A DNA stretch of 63,936 bases, the filler included, from an uncultured bacterium (GTDB taxonomy: Bacteria > Hinthialibacterota > Hinthialibacteria > Hinthialibacterales > Hinthialibacteraceae): the NCBI GenBank assembly GCA_964449065.1. It is 4 parts of 4 records of this genome, joined end to end, with 100 filler letters (N's around TTAATTAATTAA, not from the genome) between each part and the next. Parts side by side here need not be neighbours in the genome. Positions count along the whole stretch, not along the records: positions 32,720 to 48,872 come from CAYVAZ010000091.1; 3 more parts are not named here. One strand, written 5' to 3'. The notes beneath the pieces were generated by a model. It was not told where the DNA came from and searched no databases. It worked only from the letters and a program-made list of their open reading frames with translations. Position numbers and translations under genes: made by a program. Position 1 is the first letter of the stretch, and each line of letters begins with the position of its first letter. This document shows positions 34,416 through 45,310 of the stretch, piece after piece.

Positions 34416-35026
34416 GACTCAGCCGCACCGCCTTCATCAGACTGCCATCCCTCCACCGGCTGAGGATGAACCCAATGATGTACGCAATAAAGCAGGTTCA
34501 ATACGCCCGTGATGACCAGCACCAAATAGAACCACCCTTGGTTGAGCCATTCAATGCCGGGCATTTTAAACCCGCGTTCAAACGCGCCATAGACCACGTT
34601 GAAGCCGCCGATTACCAAAACAAAAAGCGAGAAGAGCGCGAGAAGAATGGTGGAAGCCTTCTCCAGCCAATAGCGAACGGATTCAGGATAAAGCCGAACC
34701 ACGGCATCCACGCCCAGATGAGCCCGCAGACGTAACGCGTAAGCGCTGCCGAGAATGCCCACCCACACCAGCAGCGTTTGCGACAGCGTGTTCACCGGGG
34801 CCGACATCACCGCCACGGCGCCCATCACCTGCCGCAAAAACGGTTCCCAGGAAGATTTTTCTTGCATAAAGTACCCGGCGGCCGGCTGCACCAGCGCGTT
34901 GAGCACGATCTCCGTCGTAATGCTGATAACCATGAGTACAACAAAAATCACCAGCACCACCGAGACGAGTCTATCCAAATATTGATAGAAGGTCTTCACA
35001 CACGTTCCCCGAATGAAAAGTCGCAT
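34412..35026 (-). CDS. dctQ: TRAP transporter small permease
   Basis: LLVWVGILGSAYALRLRAHLGVD. Four TM helices, lying between dctP and dctM. Confidence 0.88.
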   Translation of the reverse strand: MRLFIRGTCVKTFYQYLDRLVSVVLVIFVVLMVISITTEIVLNALVQPAAGYFMQEKSSWEPFLRQVMGAVAVMSAPVNTLSQTLLVWVGILGSAYALRLRAHLGVDAVVRLYPESVRYWLEKASTILLALFSLFVLVIGGFNVVYGAFERGFKMPGIEWLNQGWFYLVLVITGVLNLLYCVHHWVHPQPVEGWQSDEGGAAES

Positions 35027-35312
35027 AGAATGGGATAAACTTTATCATCAATGCGATGCGTCTATAAGGGATTTTGTCATGGTATGAATCTTTAAACCCG
35101 CTAGCGCATTTCAAAGTTGGATAGGCAGTATCTGTCGTTGTTCCCCACCCATATTAAGGGGGGGTAGGAGGCAATGTCATTGATTTAAGCAATCTACCTT
35201 GAATACGCAATATCTTCTCCCCCAAGTTGGGGGAGGCAGGATCAAAGACGACCTCTTTCTATCTACGCAAACCTAAATTACTCTAAAGGAACGCAAATTG
35301 GGTGATTAAATT

Positions 35313-36299
35313 TCACTCCACCGCGCGGATTCGTTCCACGTACTCCATAATCCCGGTGCCTTCGAATGGGTCGTAGATGGGTTTGGTAGCCTGCATAAAG
35401 GCTTCCTTGCTGTCCAGGCGGGTAAAGGTGACGCCTTCTTCTTTCATCTTGGCGATCTGCTCTTCATTCTCTTTCTTCCACAACTCTTTTTGGAACTCTT
35501 TCGCCACTGCGGCCGAATCCATGATGATTTGCTGCTCGTCCGGGGTGAGGGCGTTCCAGCGTTTGGCGCTCATCAGCAGAATATCCGGCAGGTAAACGTG
35601 CTCATCAAAGACATAGTAAGGGGCGATCATGTAATGCCGCGTGGTGTAGTAGCTGGGGATGTTGTTTTCCGCGCCCTGTACCACACCGGTATCCAGCGCG
35701 GTATAAAGTTCGGAAAAAGCGATCTGCTGCGGCGAGGCGCCCAGCGTTTCCACCAGCGTTTGCATCATCACGCTCTTTTGCACGCGGATCTTCATGCCGC
35801 GTAAATCGTCGGGCGATTTCACGGGCGTTTTGGTGTAAAACGAGCGCACCCCCGCGTCAAAGTAGCAGATGCCTTTCAGGTTTTGGTCAATCGCCATATC
35901 GAGCAGTTCCTTGCCGATTTCGCCGTCCAGCACCTTCCACATGTGTTCAATATCGCGGAACAGGTAGGGCAGCGAATAGATTTTGGCCAGCTCGGCTTTG
36001 GTTTCAAGAATGGTGGAAGAAATTTTGGTGAACGAATCGGCATCGTTGCTGACGTTATCGCACAGTTCCTGCTCGTTGCCCAGCGTGCCGCCGGGTTGAA
36101 TGCGGATAACCATCGAACCGCCGCTGCGGGTTTCCACCTCTTCGGCGAATTTCTCCAACGCCTTATGCACGGGGTGATCGACATTCAGCACATGCGGCAG
36201 GCTAAAGCGTTTCACCTGCACCCCACCGTCTTGCCCCCCGCAAGAAAAAAAGAATACCGAAAAGGAAATTGCGATACAAATGCGAATATAAATTTTCAT
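35313..36299 (-). CDS. dctP: TRAP substrate-binding protein (lipoprotein)
   Basis: Lipobox-like FFSCGG, LPYLFRD, DLRGMKIRV and ELYTALDTGVVQGAENN. Confidence 0.93.
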   Translation of the reverse strand: MKIYIRICIAISFSVFFFSCGGQDGGVQVKRFSLPHVLNVDHPVHKALEKFAEEVETRSGGSMVIRIQPGGTLGNEQELCDNVSNDADSFTKISSTILETKAELAKIYSLPYLFRDIEHMWKVLDGEIGKELLDMAIDQNLKGICYFDAGVRSFYTKTPVKSPDDLRGMKIRVQKSVMMQTLVETLGASPQQIAFSELYTALDTGVVQGAENNIPSYYTTRHYMIAPYYVFDEHVYLPDILLMSAKRWNALTPDEQQIIMDSAAVAKEFQKELWKKENEEQIAKMKEEGVTFTRLDSKEAFMQATKPIYDPFEGTGIMEYVERIRAVE

Positions 36300-36589
36300 A
36301 ACGATCTCCCCTATATCAATCAATCGGGATGTACACCGAAAGATGACACATAGTTATTTTCATCAAATTTAATTGCCAACCAAGAAATACCATTGGTCTT
36401 CACCACAACGCGAAAATTTTAATCTCAGGTACAGTATACCGTGTCACGCTGTTCCATGTAAACACGTAGTCATTAAGAAATCACCCGGTGAGAGGGATTC
36501 CTTTTCCCCTTTTTTTGTGTTTACCGCTTCTCAATTTGCATCCTGTTCAATACTATAGAAAAGCATCTCTTACGGAGTTTACTTTTTTG

Positions 36590-38380
36590 ATGAATGACCA
36601 TTCCGCTTATTTTTTGCCGGGCGAACTGATCGATAAACGCTATGAAATTGACGACGTAAAACGCGGGTCAATGGGGGTCGTTTATCTGTGCGTGGATACC
36701 AAAACACAGCAATGGATCGCCCTGAAAACCTTTCAAGACTCGTTCTTGAAAACCGAAGAAAGCCGGCAGCGCTTTTTAGAAGAGGCGCTGTTGTGGATTG
36801 AACTCGGCAAACACCCCTGCGTGGTGCAGGCGTATGGCTTGCGTTTGATTCATGACAAACCCTACTTAGTGGTCGAACGTATTCAGTCCAGCAATCCCCG
36901 GGGCGTGACATTAAAAGATGCCATGTTTACCCAAGTGTTGACGCTGGATTTTGTTCTCAAATCGGCCATGCAAATTTGCAGCGCCATGAATCATGCCCAC
37001 AATCAATTCCCCGATTTTGTGCATGGCGACTTAAAACCGGAAAATGTCTTGATCGACGAAGAACAAATCTCCAAATTGTCTGATTTTGGAATCGCCTCGC
37101 ACACGCGCACCATAGACAACAACGCCTCCAACTTAAGCCCATGGGATTTGGCGACCCGCATGGAGGGCACCCCCGCGTTCGCCTCGCCGGAACAATGCCG
37201 CTTGCAAGCGATGGATACACGCTCGGATATCTATTCCTTCGGCTGCATTCTCTATCAAATGCTCACCAAACAGGTGCCGTTTTTGCGCAAAGAGGTGGCG
37301 GAATACATTCACGCGCATATCCATCACACTCCCAAACCGCCATCCGAACTCAACAACGACGTTCCTCACGAAGTCTCGGAACTGATTCTGCGCTGTCTGG
37401 AAAAAGAACCGCTGCGGCGATATCAATCGTTTCAAGATTTGCTGGAGGATCTAGCGGAAATCAACCGGGGGATATATGACCGTCATATCGAAATGTTTGT
37501 TTCCGCTGAAGAATTTAATTTTGAGGAACGGATGGAACGGGCATGGTCGTTCGCGCTGGTGGGACGGTACGAACAGGCGGAAGAAGAATTTGACGCCGCA
37601 TTAAACCGGTTCGCGGACCATCCCGAAATCCAAAGCCATTTGACCCGGTATTACTTTGCCAGACAGCAATTTGCCAAAGCCCATTATCATATCAAGCAGG
37701 CATTAGAGGCGCATTCCAAAGACAGCAATTTGGTCGAATTATTCGGGATGATCTGCCTGGAACTGCGGCAATACAAAGAAGCGGAAACCGCATACAAACG
37801 CGCGCTTTCCCTGAACCCGCGGCAGATAAGCACTTATTTGGAATTGTCCCGCTTTTATGAAACACAAAACAAACAGAAAACACGGGAAGAATTGTTAAAA
37901 ACCGCATGGAATAAATGCAACCGTGATCCGGCCATCGCGGACCCTTTGCTAACAATCATGCTGAACAATAAGGCCTTTGTTAACGCGAAAAATTTGGCGC
38001 AACTCACGTTGGAATCCTATCCGGATCATCCCGTTATCCTTGTGCGAATGGCACAAGCACACGCTGCTACGCGGGATTACCGCCGGGCGAAGGAGTCCAT
38101 CTACAAAGCGGTGCAAAACCGGTTGGAGTCCTTTGATTTTTGGCGGGAAGTGGGGGATGTTTACCAACAATCCGGCGACTACAACCAAGCGTATGACGCC
38201 TACAATACCGCGTTGTTGTATGATGGGGGCGATGGAACCTTTTACACGAACATGGCGGAAATGAGCCTAAATCTTCGCCGGTATGACGAAGCCTGGCGCT
38301 TAACAGAGCGTGCGGAACTTATGGGAGCGGATGTCGTCCGCTTGCGGGACAAAATCAGCAAAAAACGTTTTTCCATGTAA
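36590..38380 (+). CDS. Hanks-type Ser/Thr kinase with C-terminal TPR repeats
   Basis: GSMGVVY, IALK, HGDLKPEN, DFG, GTPAFASPEQ and DIYSFG. TPR-like AYKRALSLNP. Confidence 0.93.
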   Translation: MNDHSAYFLPGELIDKRYEIDDVKRGSMGVVYLCVDTKTQQWIALKTFQDSFLKTEESRQRFLEEALLWIELGKHPCVVQAYGLRLIHDKPYLVVERIQSSNPRGVTLKDAMFTQVLTLDFVLKSAMQICSAMNHAHNQFPDFVHGDLKPENVLIDEEQISKLSDFGIASHTRTIDNNASNLSPWDLATRMEGTPAFASPEQCRLQAMDTRSDIYSFGCILYQMLTKQVPFLRKEVAEYIHAHIHHTPKPPSELNNDVPHEVSELILRCLEKEPLRRYQSFQDLLEDLAEINRGIYDRHIEMFVSAEEFNFEERMERAWSFALVGRYEQAEEEFDAALNRFADHPEIQSHLTRYYFARQQFAKAHYHIKQALEAHSKDSNLVELFGMICLELRQYKEAETAYKRALSLNPRQISTYLELSRFYETQNKQKTREELLKTAWNKCNRDPAIADPLLTIMLNNKAFVNAKNLAQLTLESYPDHPVILVRMAQAHAATRDYRRAKESIYKAVQNRLESFDFWREVGDVYQQSGDYNQAYDAYNTALLYDGGDGTFYTNMAEMSLNLRRYDEAWRLTERAELMGADVVRLRDKISKKRFSM

Positions 38381-38570
38381 TACCATTTGCAATTAAAAAT
38401 GTCCGTTTCAATTGTGTGGGGCGCGTCCACTTCCACCCGGTGCGCGCAAACCGGAGTTGCTGTAATGAATGACCGCTCAAGAGTGATAGAGCAAAGCCGA
38501 TAATTGGGTTATGTTGTATTAACTGTAATTTGATTTGGAATATCTTACTGGGTCTGTATAAGTTACTGAA

Positions 38571-39323
38571 ATGCGATACGCCATTTTTTCCGATGTTCAC
38601 AGCAACTTGGAAGCTCTGACTACATTTTTTGATCTGATCGATCAAGATGATTTGATCCCTATTTGCTTAGGAGATATCGCGGGATATGGCGCCAATCCCA
38701 ATGAGTGTTTGCAAATGATCCGCGAACGAAGCATTCCCACCGTGATCGGCAATCATGACATGGCGGTGCTTGATCCCAGCGAAGCCCTTCAATACAACAA
38801 TTACGCGAAAGCGGCCTTGGCCTGGCACTGCGAAACCATCTTCAGCCGCTACAAAACATACCTGTATTCCCTCCCCTGGTCCTCGACAATAGACAACCAA
38901 TTTTCCATTGTGCATTCCGATTTCACCACACCGCGGCGGTGGACATACGTCAACAATCAAAACACCGCGTACCACTCCTTTTCCGGATTGGAAACCCAGA
39001 TCGGATTTTTTGGACATACTCACATCCCATCCGTCTTCACCCTGAATACAACACACGACAACCGGATCTACATCAATTGCGATCCGGTCCATGGCAACAA
39101 CAAAACCATCTGGATCAAAGAAGACAAACACTACCTCATCAATCCCGGCAGTTTGGGGCAGCCGCGTGACCGCGATCCACGGGCATCCTTTATGATTTAC
39201 AATCTGGAAGAGAATACGGTCACTTCCCGGCGGTTTCAATACGATCATCAAACCGCCGCCGACAAAATCCGCAAAGCCGGGTTACCGAATCTGTTGGCAG
39301 ACCGCTTGGTTGAGGGATTCTAA
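38571..39323 (+). CDS. Metallophosphoesterase (calcineurin-like family)
   Basis: SDVHSN, LGDIAGYG, GNHD, GHTH and NPGSLGQPRD. Confidence 0.92.
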   Translation: MRYAIFSDVHSNLEALTTFFDLIDQDDLIPICLGDIAGYGANPNECLQMIRERSIPTVIGNHDMAVLDPSEALQYNNYAKAALAWHCETIFSRYKTYLYSLPWSSTIDNQFSIVHSDFTTPRRWTYVNNQNTAYHSFSGLETQIGFFGHTHIPSVFTLNTTHDNRIYINCDPVHGNNKTIWIKEDKHYLINPGSLGQPRDRDPRASFMIYNLEENTVTSRRFQYDHQTAADKIRKAGLPNLLADRLVEGF

Positions 39324-39352
39324 AAGAGGGAATGCTGCACACCGCTTGCCGG

Positions 39353-40807
39353 TCAACTGCCCCGGGCTCTTCTTGCCATAACCATACGAACCGGTTTTTT
39401 CTTTTTGGCGGGAGCCGTCGATCGTGTCTCGATTTTGTCTTTGGGCCGGTTTTTTAAGTCGTCTTCCAACTTCTGATACATGGCTTCGTTTTTTTGGTAA
39501 CGCTGAATCGCTTCACCGATCATGTTATGCTGCACTTCTACCAACGATTGCTGACTGTGTATGACATCCAATTTTCGGCGTTGGGTTTCCATCTTGGTTT
39601 GCAGCTTTTCTTTTTGCTTCATCAACTCTTCAAATTCCGGCGAATTGGGATCGAGGCTTTCCGATTGCGCTTCAATGGCCGCCATCATCGCGTCCAATTC
39701 TTCTTTAATGGCCAGAAATTCTTGTTCCATTTGTTCCCCGGCAAATTGCAGAACGTCTTTTTGAAGGTTTAAGATGACACTTTGCCGAAGCCGCACACCA
39801 TGTTGATAGGAAGGCAGGCGGTTGAAATCGAACACAACGGCGGACCGTGCGCGGGTATAATCGCCCATGGTGTTGTAGATCTTTTGCAGAATGGATTGGG
39901 TATGACTTTTATCCAAGATTCCGATTTTGATTTGAATCAAAGCACGCAGACACTTGGGCAGTTCCAACAAAACCGGCCGGTCTTTTAAATGCTTGTTGAT
40001 CACCATTTCTACTTGGCGCAAATCATCCAGCGCTTTTTTAAGGGAGATGCGGCAGCGGTCATGCCGTTCGCGGTAATCAAATACTTTCGGGTGTTCTCCA
40101 TGACCGTTTTCATCCAATTGATGCAAGAAATAGTTGGTCATTTCCAACAGCAAATTTCCGGTCATTTCGTTGTATTGCAGCACATCATAGGCCTGATCCA
40201 ATACCATCGTGAAAAAGGGACGCATGGGATCGCCTTCGCTCAAATCCGGCAAGCGCATCCGCATGGCGTTCACTTCTTCGGGGGTAAAAATCAAACTGAT
40301 TTCTTGCTTTAATTCCGGCCGAATGTCTTCTTGATCCGGCAACGTAAAGAAGTTGAACAGGCGGGTCCGGACGGTGATAACCCCTTCGGTTTTTTGCATG
40401 CAAAGTTGGCTTTGAATATCCAATAAAGAAGAAAAAAAGGCCGCGCATTCCTTGATGTCTTTGCCTTTAACATGCTCATCTATATGATCCAAGATATCGT
40501 AAAGCTCTTCCCGTTTCTTGGCCACCAGATCTTCCCCACTATTTTCAAAGGGGTCCTCCCGCTCGCTATCCTGTTGGAAAACCAGCGTATCGGAGTAAGA
40601 ATCTTTCACCATGTCAAAGACGGCATCCCGTACCACTTCTTGAACCGGTCCGCCTTTTTCGATTTTTTCAATGATATTCCGGATGATTCTATACTTCTCT
40701 TTTTCCGCTTCATCCAGATTCTCTTCGCCGACTTCAGAAATCTCTTTCTCAAGCTCCAGCAAATCGTCCAGGCTTAATTTACTTAATATATCGCGTTTAT
40801 CAGACAT
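39353..40807 (-). CDS. Hypothetical alpha-helical/coiled-coil protein (484 aa)
   Basis: Long E/K/L/Q-rich ORF with heptad-like C-terminus and basic tail. No recognised motif. Confidence 0.75.
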   Translation of the reverse strand: MSDKRDILSKLSLDDLLELEKEISEVGEENLDEAEKEKYRIIRNIIEKIEKGGPVQEVVRDAVFDMVKDSYSDTLVFQQDSEREDPFENSGEDLVAKKREELYDILDHIDEHVKGKDIKECAAFFSSLLDIQSQLCMQKTEGVITVRTRLFNFFTLPDQEDIRPELKQEISLIFTPEEVNAMRMRLPDLSEGDPMRPFFTMVLDQAYDVLQYNEMTGNLLLEMTNYFLHQLDENGHGEHPKVFDYRERHDRCRISLKKALDDLRQVEMVINKHLKDRPVLLELPKCLRALIQIKIGILDKSHTQSILQKIYNTMGDYTRARSAVVFDFNRLPSYQHGVRLRQSVILNLQKDVLQFAGEQMEQEFLAIKEELDAMMAAIEAQSESLDPNSPEFEELMKQKEKLQTKMETQRRKLDVIHSQQSLVEVQHNMIGEAIQRYQKNEAMYQKLEDDLKNRPKDKIETRSTAPAKKKKPVRMVMARRARGS

Positions 40808-41149
40808 ACACGTTCCTATAGTTGAGAACCAAGATTCTTTTGTCTCAGCTACAAATCGAAATGGAAAAGGATGAGAGTGTCAATCCATAATGATATGGTA
40901 CAGAGTGTTCCTAAACAACGCAAGACGTTATTGTACTTTGCTCAAAAAAAATGAGAATCTATCCAATCCCCGCCCCGAAAACCCTTTCAACAAAAATACA
41001 CAATAACCTATTCAATACAAATAACTTAAGCAATCTGACACATTGCGTCTCACTTTTGGAAAGATATCAAGAAAAAGTCCTCTTGAATCATTCGGAAACC
41101 GAACGGTACCGGATACAATTGTTACAAGTTTCCAGAAGAGGAGAAAGCC

Positions 41150-42829
41150 ATGTCGTCATCATTGAATCCATTCAGTTCCCGAATTACCCAACAAAAATCA
41201 CAAGGGGCATCGCAAGCGATGTTGTACGCGACCGGCATGTCCGAAGAAGATATGAACAAACCCCAGGTGGGGATATCCAGCGTATGGTACGATGGCAACC
41301 CCTGCAATATGCACCTCAACGCTTTGGCGGAAAAGGTGAAAGAGGGGGTCGTGGCCGCGGGTATGGTCGGGATGCGGTTTAACACCATTGGGGTCAGTGA
41401 CGGCATTTCGATGGGCACAGAGGGAATGAGTTATTCGCTGCAATCCCGTGACTTGATCGCTGATTCGATTGAAACGGTGATGGCGGCGCAGTGGTATGAT
41501 GCCAATATTTCTCTTCCCGGCTGCGATAAAAACATGCCGGGCTGTTTGATCGCGATGGGACGGCTGAACCGCCCTGCCATGATGATCTATGGCGGAACCA
41601 TCAGTCCCGGACACCACAACGGCAAAACACTGGATGTCATTTCGGCGTTTCAAAGCTATGGCGAATATTTATCCGGCTCGATCACGGAAGAAGAGCGGAC
41701 GTTAATTGTCAAACACAGCTGCCCGGGCGCGGGAGCCTGCGGGGGGATGTATACCGCCAATACCATGGCGACCGCGATTGAAGCGATGGGAATGGCCCTG
41801 CCTTACAGCGCTTCGGCGCCGGCTGAATTTCCGGAAAAATTGGACGAATGCTTCCAAGCCGGAGAAACCCTTCGGCAACTGCTGGAGAAGGATATTAAGC
41901 CGCGCGACATCATGACACGGGATGCCTTTGAAAACGCCATGGTGATGGTGATGGCGCTGGGCGGCTCCACCAACGCGGTGCTGCATTTGATTGCGATGGC
42001 ACGCGCTGTGGACGTTGAACTGACGATCGACGATTTTCAAAAAGTCAGCGACCGGGTGCCGTATCTTGCCGACCTGAAACCCAGTGGAAAATATGTGCAG
42101 GAAGATTTGCACCGAGTTGGCGGTACACCCGCCGTGATGAAATTGCTGCTGGAAAAAGGGTTTTTGAAGGGCGATTGCCTAACCGTGACCGGAAAAACAT
42201 TGGAAGAAAACTTGAAGGATTTACCCGGCCTGAAAGAAGGACAAGTCATCATCCAGCCGTTGGATGCTCCGATCAAACCGAACGGGCATATTCAAATCTT
42301 AAAAGGCAATTTAGCTCCGGATGGGGCGGTCGCCAAAATCACCGGCAAAGAAGGCAACCGCTTTGAAGGCCCGGCTAGAGTGTATGACTCGGAAGAAGAT
42401 ATGCTGCGCGGGTTGGAAAACAATGAAATCCAAAAAGGCGATGTGATTGTTATCCGCTACGAAGGCCCCAAAGGCGGACCGGGGATGCCGGAAATGCTTA
42501 CCCCGACTTCCGCAATCATGGGAGCGGGTTTGGGAAAAGATGTAGCCTTGCTGACCGACGGCCGCTTCTCCGGCGGTTCGCATGGATTTATTGTTGGACA
42601 TCTAACCCCGGAAGCACAGTCCGGCGGGCCGATCGCTTTCATTCGCAACGGCGACAAAATCACGATTGACGCCGAACAAAACATTTTAAATGTCGATGTC
42701 AGCGAGGACGAAATGCAATCCCGTAAAGCGAAATGGGTGGAACCGCCGTTAAAAGCAACCAAAGGGACCTTATTTAAGTACATCAAATGCGTCTCACCCG
42801 CATCGCAAGGCTGCGTGACCGACGAGTAA
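41150..42829 (+). CDS. ilvD: Dihydroxy-acid dehydratase
   Basis: [33 protein letters not shown] and DGRFSGG. Confidence 0.97.
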   Translation: MSSSLNPFSSRITQQKSQGASQAMLYATGMSEEDMNKPQVGISSVWYDGNPCNMHLNALAEKVKEGVVAAGMVGMRFNTIGVSDGISMGTEGMSYSLQSRDLIADSIETVMAAQWYDANISLPGCDKNMPGCLIAMGRLNRPAMMIYGGTISPGHHNGKTLDVISAFQSYGEYLSGSITEEERTLIVKHSCPGAGACGGMYTANTMATAIEAMGMALPYSASAPAEFPEKLDECFQAGETLRQLLEKDIKPRDIMTRDAFENAMVMVMALGGSTNAVLHLIAMARAVDVELTIDDFQKVSDRVPYLADLKPSGKYVQEDLHRVGGTPAVMKLLLEKGFLKGDCLTVTGKTLEENLKDLPGLKEGQVIIQPLDAPIKPNGHIQILKGNLAPDGAVAKITGKEGNRFEGPARVYDSEEDMLRGLENNEIQKGDVIVIRYEGPKGGPGMPEMLTPTSAIMGAGLGKDVALLTDGRFSGGSHGFIVGHLTPEAQSGGPIAFIRNGDKITIDAEQNILNVDVSEDEMQSRKAKWVEPPLKATKGTLFKYIKCVSPASQGCVTDE

Positions 42830-42852
42830 AGATTCCCTATTTTCACCCCTCA

Positions 42853-42979
42853 TACCATTTGCAAATAGAAACGTTCACTATGAATAACAGAACGGAAAAT
42901 GTTTTTATAAAAGCGCGGGCATCTTGCCTGCACATGGTTTGAGTTTTTTTTTAATCGGTGTTTCTATTTGCGAATGGTA
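42853..42979. mobile_element. MITE family B (TACC...GGTA ends, TNA target)
   Basis: 20-bp TIR TACCATTTGCAAATAGAAAC/GTTTCTATTTGCGAATGGTA with one mismatch, flanked by TCA and TAA. Internal GCGGGCATCTTGCCTGC. Confidence 0.8.
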
Positions 42980-42982
42980 TAA

Positions 42983-43315
42983 CTACCCCTCCATCACAAC
43001 CGTCATTTTCCCGTGGGTTTTGCGTTTGGGGCGGAGGGTGATTTCTACATCTTGATCGAGCGCGGTTAAGAATTCCATCAGCCGCCCGACCGGGAAATTG
43101 CCGGAACGGTTGCGCATCAACTCAGAAACATGCGGCTGTTTGATCCCGAGAATCTTCCCTGTCTCCGATTGCGTCAACCCGCGTTCTTTAATAAGAGAAT
43201 AAATTTGCAGCGTCAAACGGGCTTTCACCAACTCTTGCTCCGCGTTCGGCAATCCAATGTCCTCAAATATATTGCCGCTGCTTTCTTCGATTTCGATAAC
43301 GTTCTTATTGCTCAT
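42983..43315 (-). CDS. higA: XRE-family HTH antitoxin (HigA-like)
   Basis: SGNIFEDIG and GLTQSETGKILGIKQPHVSEL. Overlaps the toxin stop. Confidence 0.85.
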   Translation of the reverse strand: MSNKNVIEIEESSGNIFEDIGLPNAEQELVKARLTLQIYSLIKERGLTQSETGKILGIKQPHVSELMRNRSGNFPVGRLMEFLTALDQDVEITLRPKRKTHGKMTVVMEG

Positions 43316-43676
43316 CTTTTTTCCTTTGTTTAAAATCGGCTTTCGCTTCCATCAGCCGCCTTCGAATCAATTCAATTTCTTTTTGCGGAGTCGCCATCCC
43401 CTTTTTCGATTTTTTCATAAACACATGCAACACATATAACATATCCTCAAATTGTGCGGTATACACAGCACGGTATGTATCGCTGTCATAGCGGTCAACA
43501 ATTTCCATTACTTTTGCACCGCCGAACCCTTTTAGCGGTTTTGCAGCTGGGTCCGTTCCCCCCATCTGAGCGGTATACAGCGCTTGCCCGATTTCCCGCC
43601 GAACCGACGCGGGAAATTCCCGCAAATCTTTCCGGCTCGACCCCATCCATACCGTAGTTTTGATTGGTTCTTCCAT
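43305..43676 (-). CDS. higB: RelE/HigB (Gp49-like) toxin
   Basis: SSRKDLREFP, KPLKGFG, YRAVY and VLHVFMKKSK. Toxin-first gene order. Confidence 0.85.
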   Translation of the reverse strand: MEEPIKTTVWMGSSRKDLREFPASVRREIGQALYTAQMGGTDPAAKPLKGFGGAKVMEIVDRYDSDTYRAVYTAQFEDMLYVLHVFMKKSKKGMATPQKEIELIRRRLMEAKADFKQRKKDEQ

Positions 43677-43710
43677 TAAAGCTATATACATACAATCTTA
43701 TAATCAGTTA

Positions 43711-43790
43711 TAGTATTTTTCAAAAAAAATATTCTCTGTCCTCCTGGCGTCGGACATCTCCCCCAATGAATTGGGGGAGAGTGAATTTTT
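43711..43790. repeat. MITE-B-like end plus reverse copy of the 75-bp module core
   Basis: TAGTATTTTTCAAA resembles 11217. CTCTGTCCTCC...GACATCTCCCCCAA...TTGGGGGAGA. Confidence 0.6.
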
Positions 43791-43903
43791 ACAATGTTTG
43801 TGAACGCCCAAAGGCAGGCGGACGAAACGCGGAGTCCTCATCTTGCCGAACAAACAACTCTTGCGCTATTGTCATCGGAAGCGTTCCGGCGGCGACTCGC
43901 CGG

Positions 43904-45310
43904 TTATTCCCCATAAAACGTCATATAGGCCTCATCGTTTGCTTCACGAAGGATCATCACACCCAACTCGCGGGCGTGGTAGTCTCCCCACATGGAAGAC
44001 TCACCCTTCGGAATCTTGGAGCCTTCCGGCACATGATCCCATCCGCGCGGGTGGTGGTAGATGGAATGGAGTAAGAGACCTTGATGACTGTCATTTTTGG
44101 ATAGATAGGGGTCATCAAACAGATGATCGGCAACGGTCAGCCCGGCCTGTTTGTATTTCTTGCCATCTTCGGTTTTGCCCTGGGCGGTTAGATAATTCCC
44201 CAAGCGGATCAGACCCTGCGCCGCAATCGCCGCCGCTGAACTGTCGATGGGTTCATGATCGTTATCCGGATCGGATTTTCTGCTCAGATAATCGCCCAAA
44301 CGCGTCAATCCCGGCGCCCCCGCATCCCAATACGGAATGCCGTCGGTGGGGGTGTTTTCGATATAAAAATCGGACACGGCAAGCGCGGCCTCTAAAAACT
44401 CATTCACGATGGCACCACGGCTGCCAAAGGGGGTGAACTCGTCTTCTTCCAGCGTTTCAAAAAACTCCAACTCTTCCGCGAAACCGGTAATCGCCCAGGC
44501 CAACCCGCGCGTCCAGGTTGAAAAGGGGCTGTAGCCCTGCTGCGTGCTGGGGCAGCGGAACACGCCGGTGTGCGCGTTAAATACCGCCTCGTGCAGCGAG
44601 CGTCCGCGTACGTCAAAGTTGTCGCGGCCTTTGCCATAATACACATTAAAACGCGCGGTGTTGATGCCGTGATGAATCAGCCTGCCCAACAGCGAAATCG
44701 GCTTGTCGTTCTCGCCCATCAGCACATGCCCCAGTTTGTGCGAAAGCCCCACCGCCCGCAGCGAGCGGATGGTGTCGCTGAACAGCGAGTGCNNNNNNNN
44801 NNTATCCACAAACAGCGAATGGGGTCCGTTGAATGAGTAGATGAATCCCAATCCGTTGTCGGTCCGCGTCCAGCGCGCGGCCTGCACCGCGCCCGATGCC
44901 TTGATGGCCATTTCGTAAAAGTGCATTTCCCACTCATTGCCGGGAATCTTTCCTTCCTGCATCAAGCGGCGCAGATTGCCATAGGTAGAGATGTTGTTAA
45001 AGCCGTGATCATGCACGCCCACATGCGTCACGTGGGGGGCCATGAACTCGACGGTGTGCCTGCGCCCCAAATCCAAATACGTCTGCTCTCCGGTGACGTC
45101 GAACTGCAAGATTTCCGAACCGAACTGAAACCCCTGCGTCCATTCCGTCCAGCCGCGGGTGGTGTATTTCCCCTCCACCGTAAAAACCGGAGTCCCGTCG
45201 GCCGGGTTCCATTCCTGTTCAATCAATTCGATCTTTTTGGCGGACAGTTCAAACATCTGGGCTGTTTTGGCTTTTACGTCTTTGGCAGAGATTTGATGGT
45301 CAACAATCAT
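43904..45310 (-). CDS. GH88-like (unsaturated glucuronyl hydrolase-like) glycoside hydrolase, with internal 10-N gap
   Basis: WTQGF, HDHGF, QGYSPFSTWTRGLAW, PYWD, DSSAAAIAA and WGDY. Confidence 0.75.
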   Translation of the reverse strand: MIVDHQISAKDVKAKTAQMFELSAKKIELIEQEWNPADGTPVFTVEGKYTTRGWTEWTQGFQFGSEILQFDVTGEQTYLDLGRRHTVEFMAPHVTHVGVHDHGFNNISTYGNLRRLMQEGKIPGNEWEMHFYEMAIKASGAVQAARWTRTDNGLGFIYSFNGPHSLFVDXXXXHSLFSDTIRSLRAVGLSHKLGHVLMGENDKPISLLGRLIHHGINTARFNVYYGKGRDNFDVRGRSLHEAVFNAHTGVFRCPSTQQGYSPFSTWTRGLAWAITGFAEELEFFETLEEDEFTPFGSRGAIVNEFLEAALAVSDFYIENTPTDGIPYWDAGAPGLTRLGDYLSRKSDPDNDHEPIDSSAAAIAAQGLIRLGNYLTAQGKTEDGKKYKQAGLTVADHLFDDPYLSKNDSHQGLLLHSIYHHPRGWDHVPEGSKIPKGESSMWGDYHARELGVMILREANDEAYMTFYGE

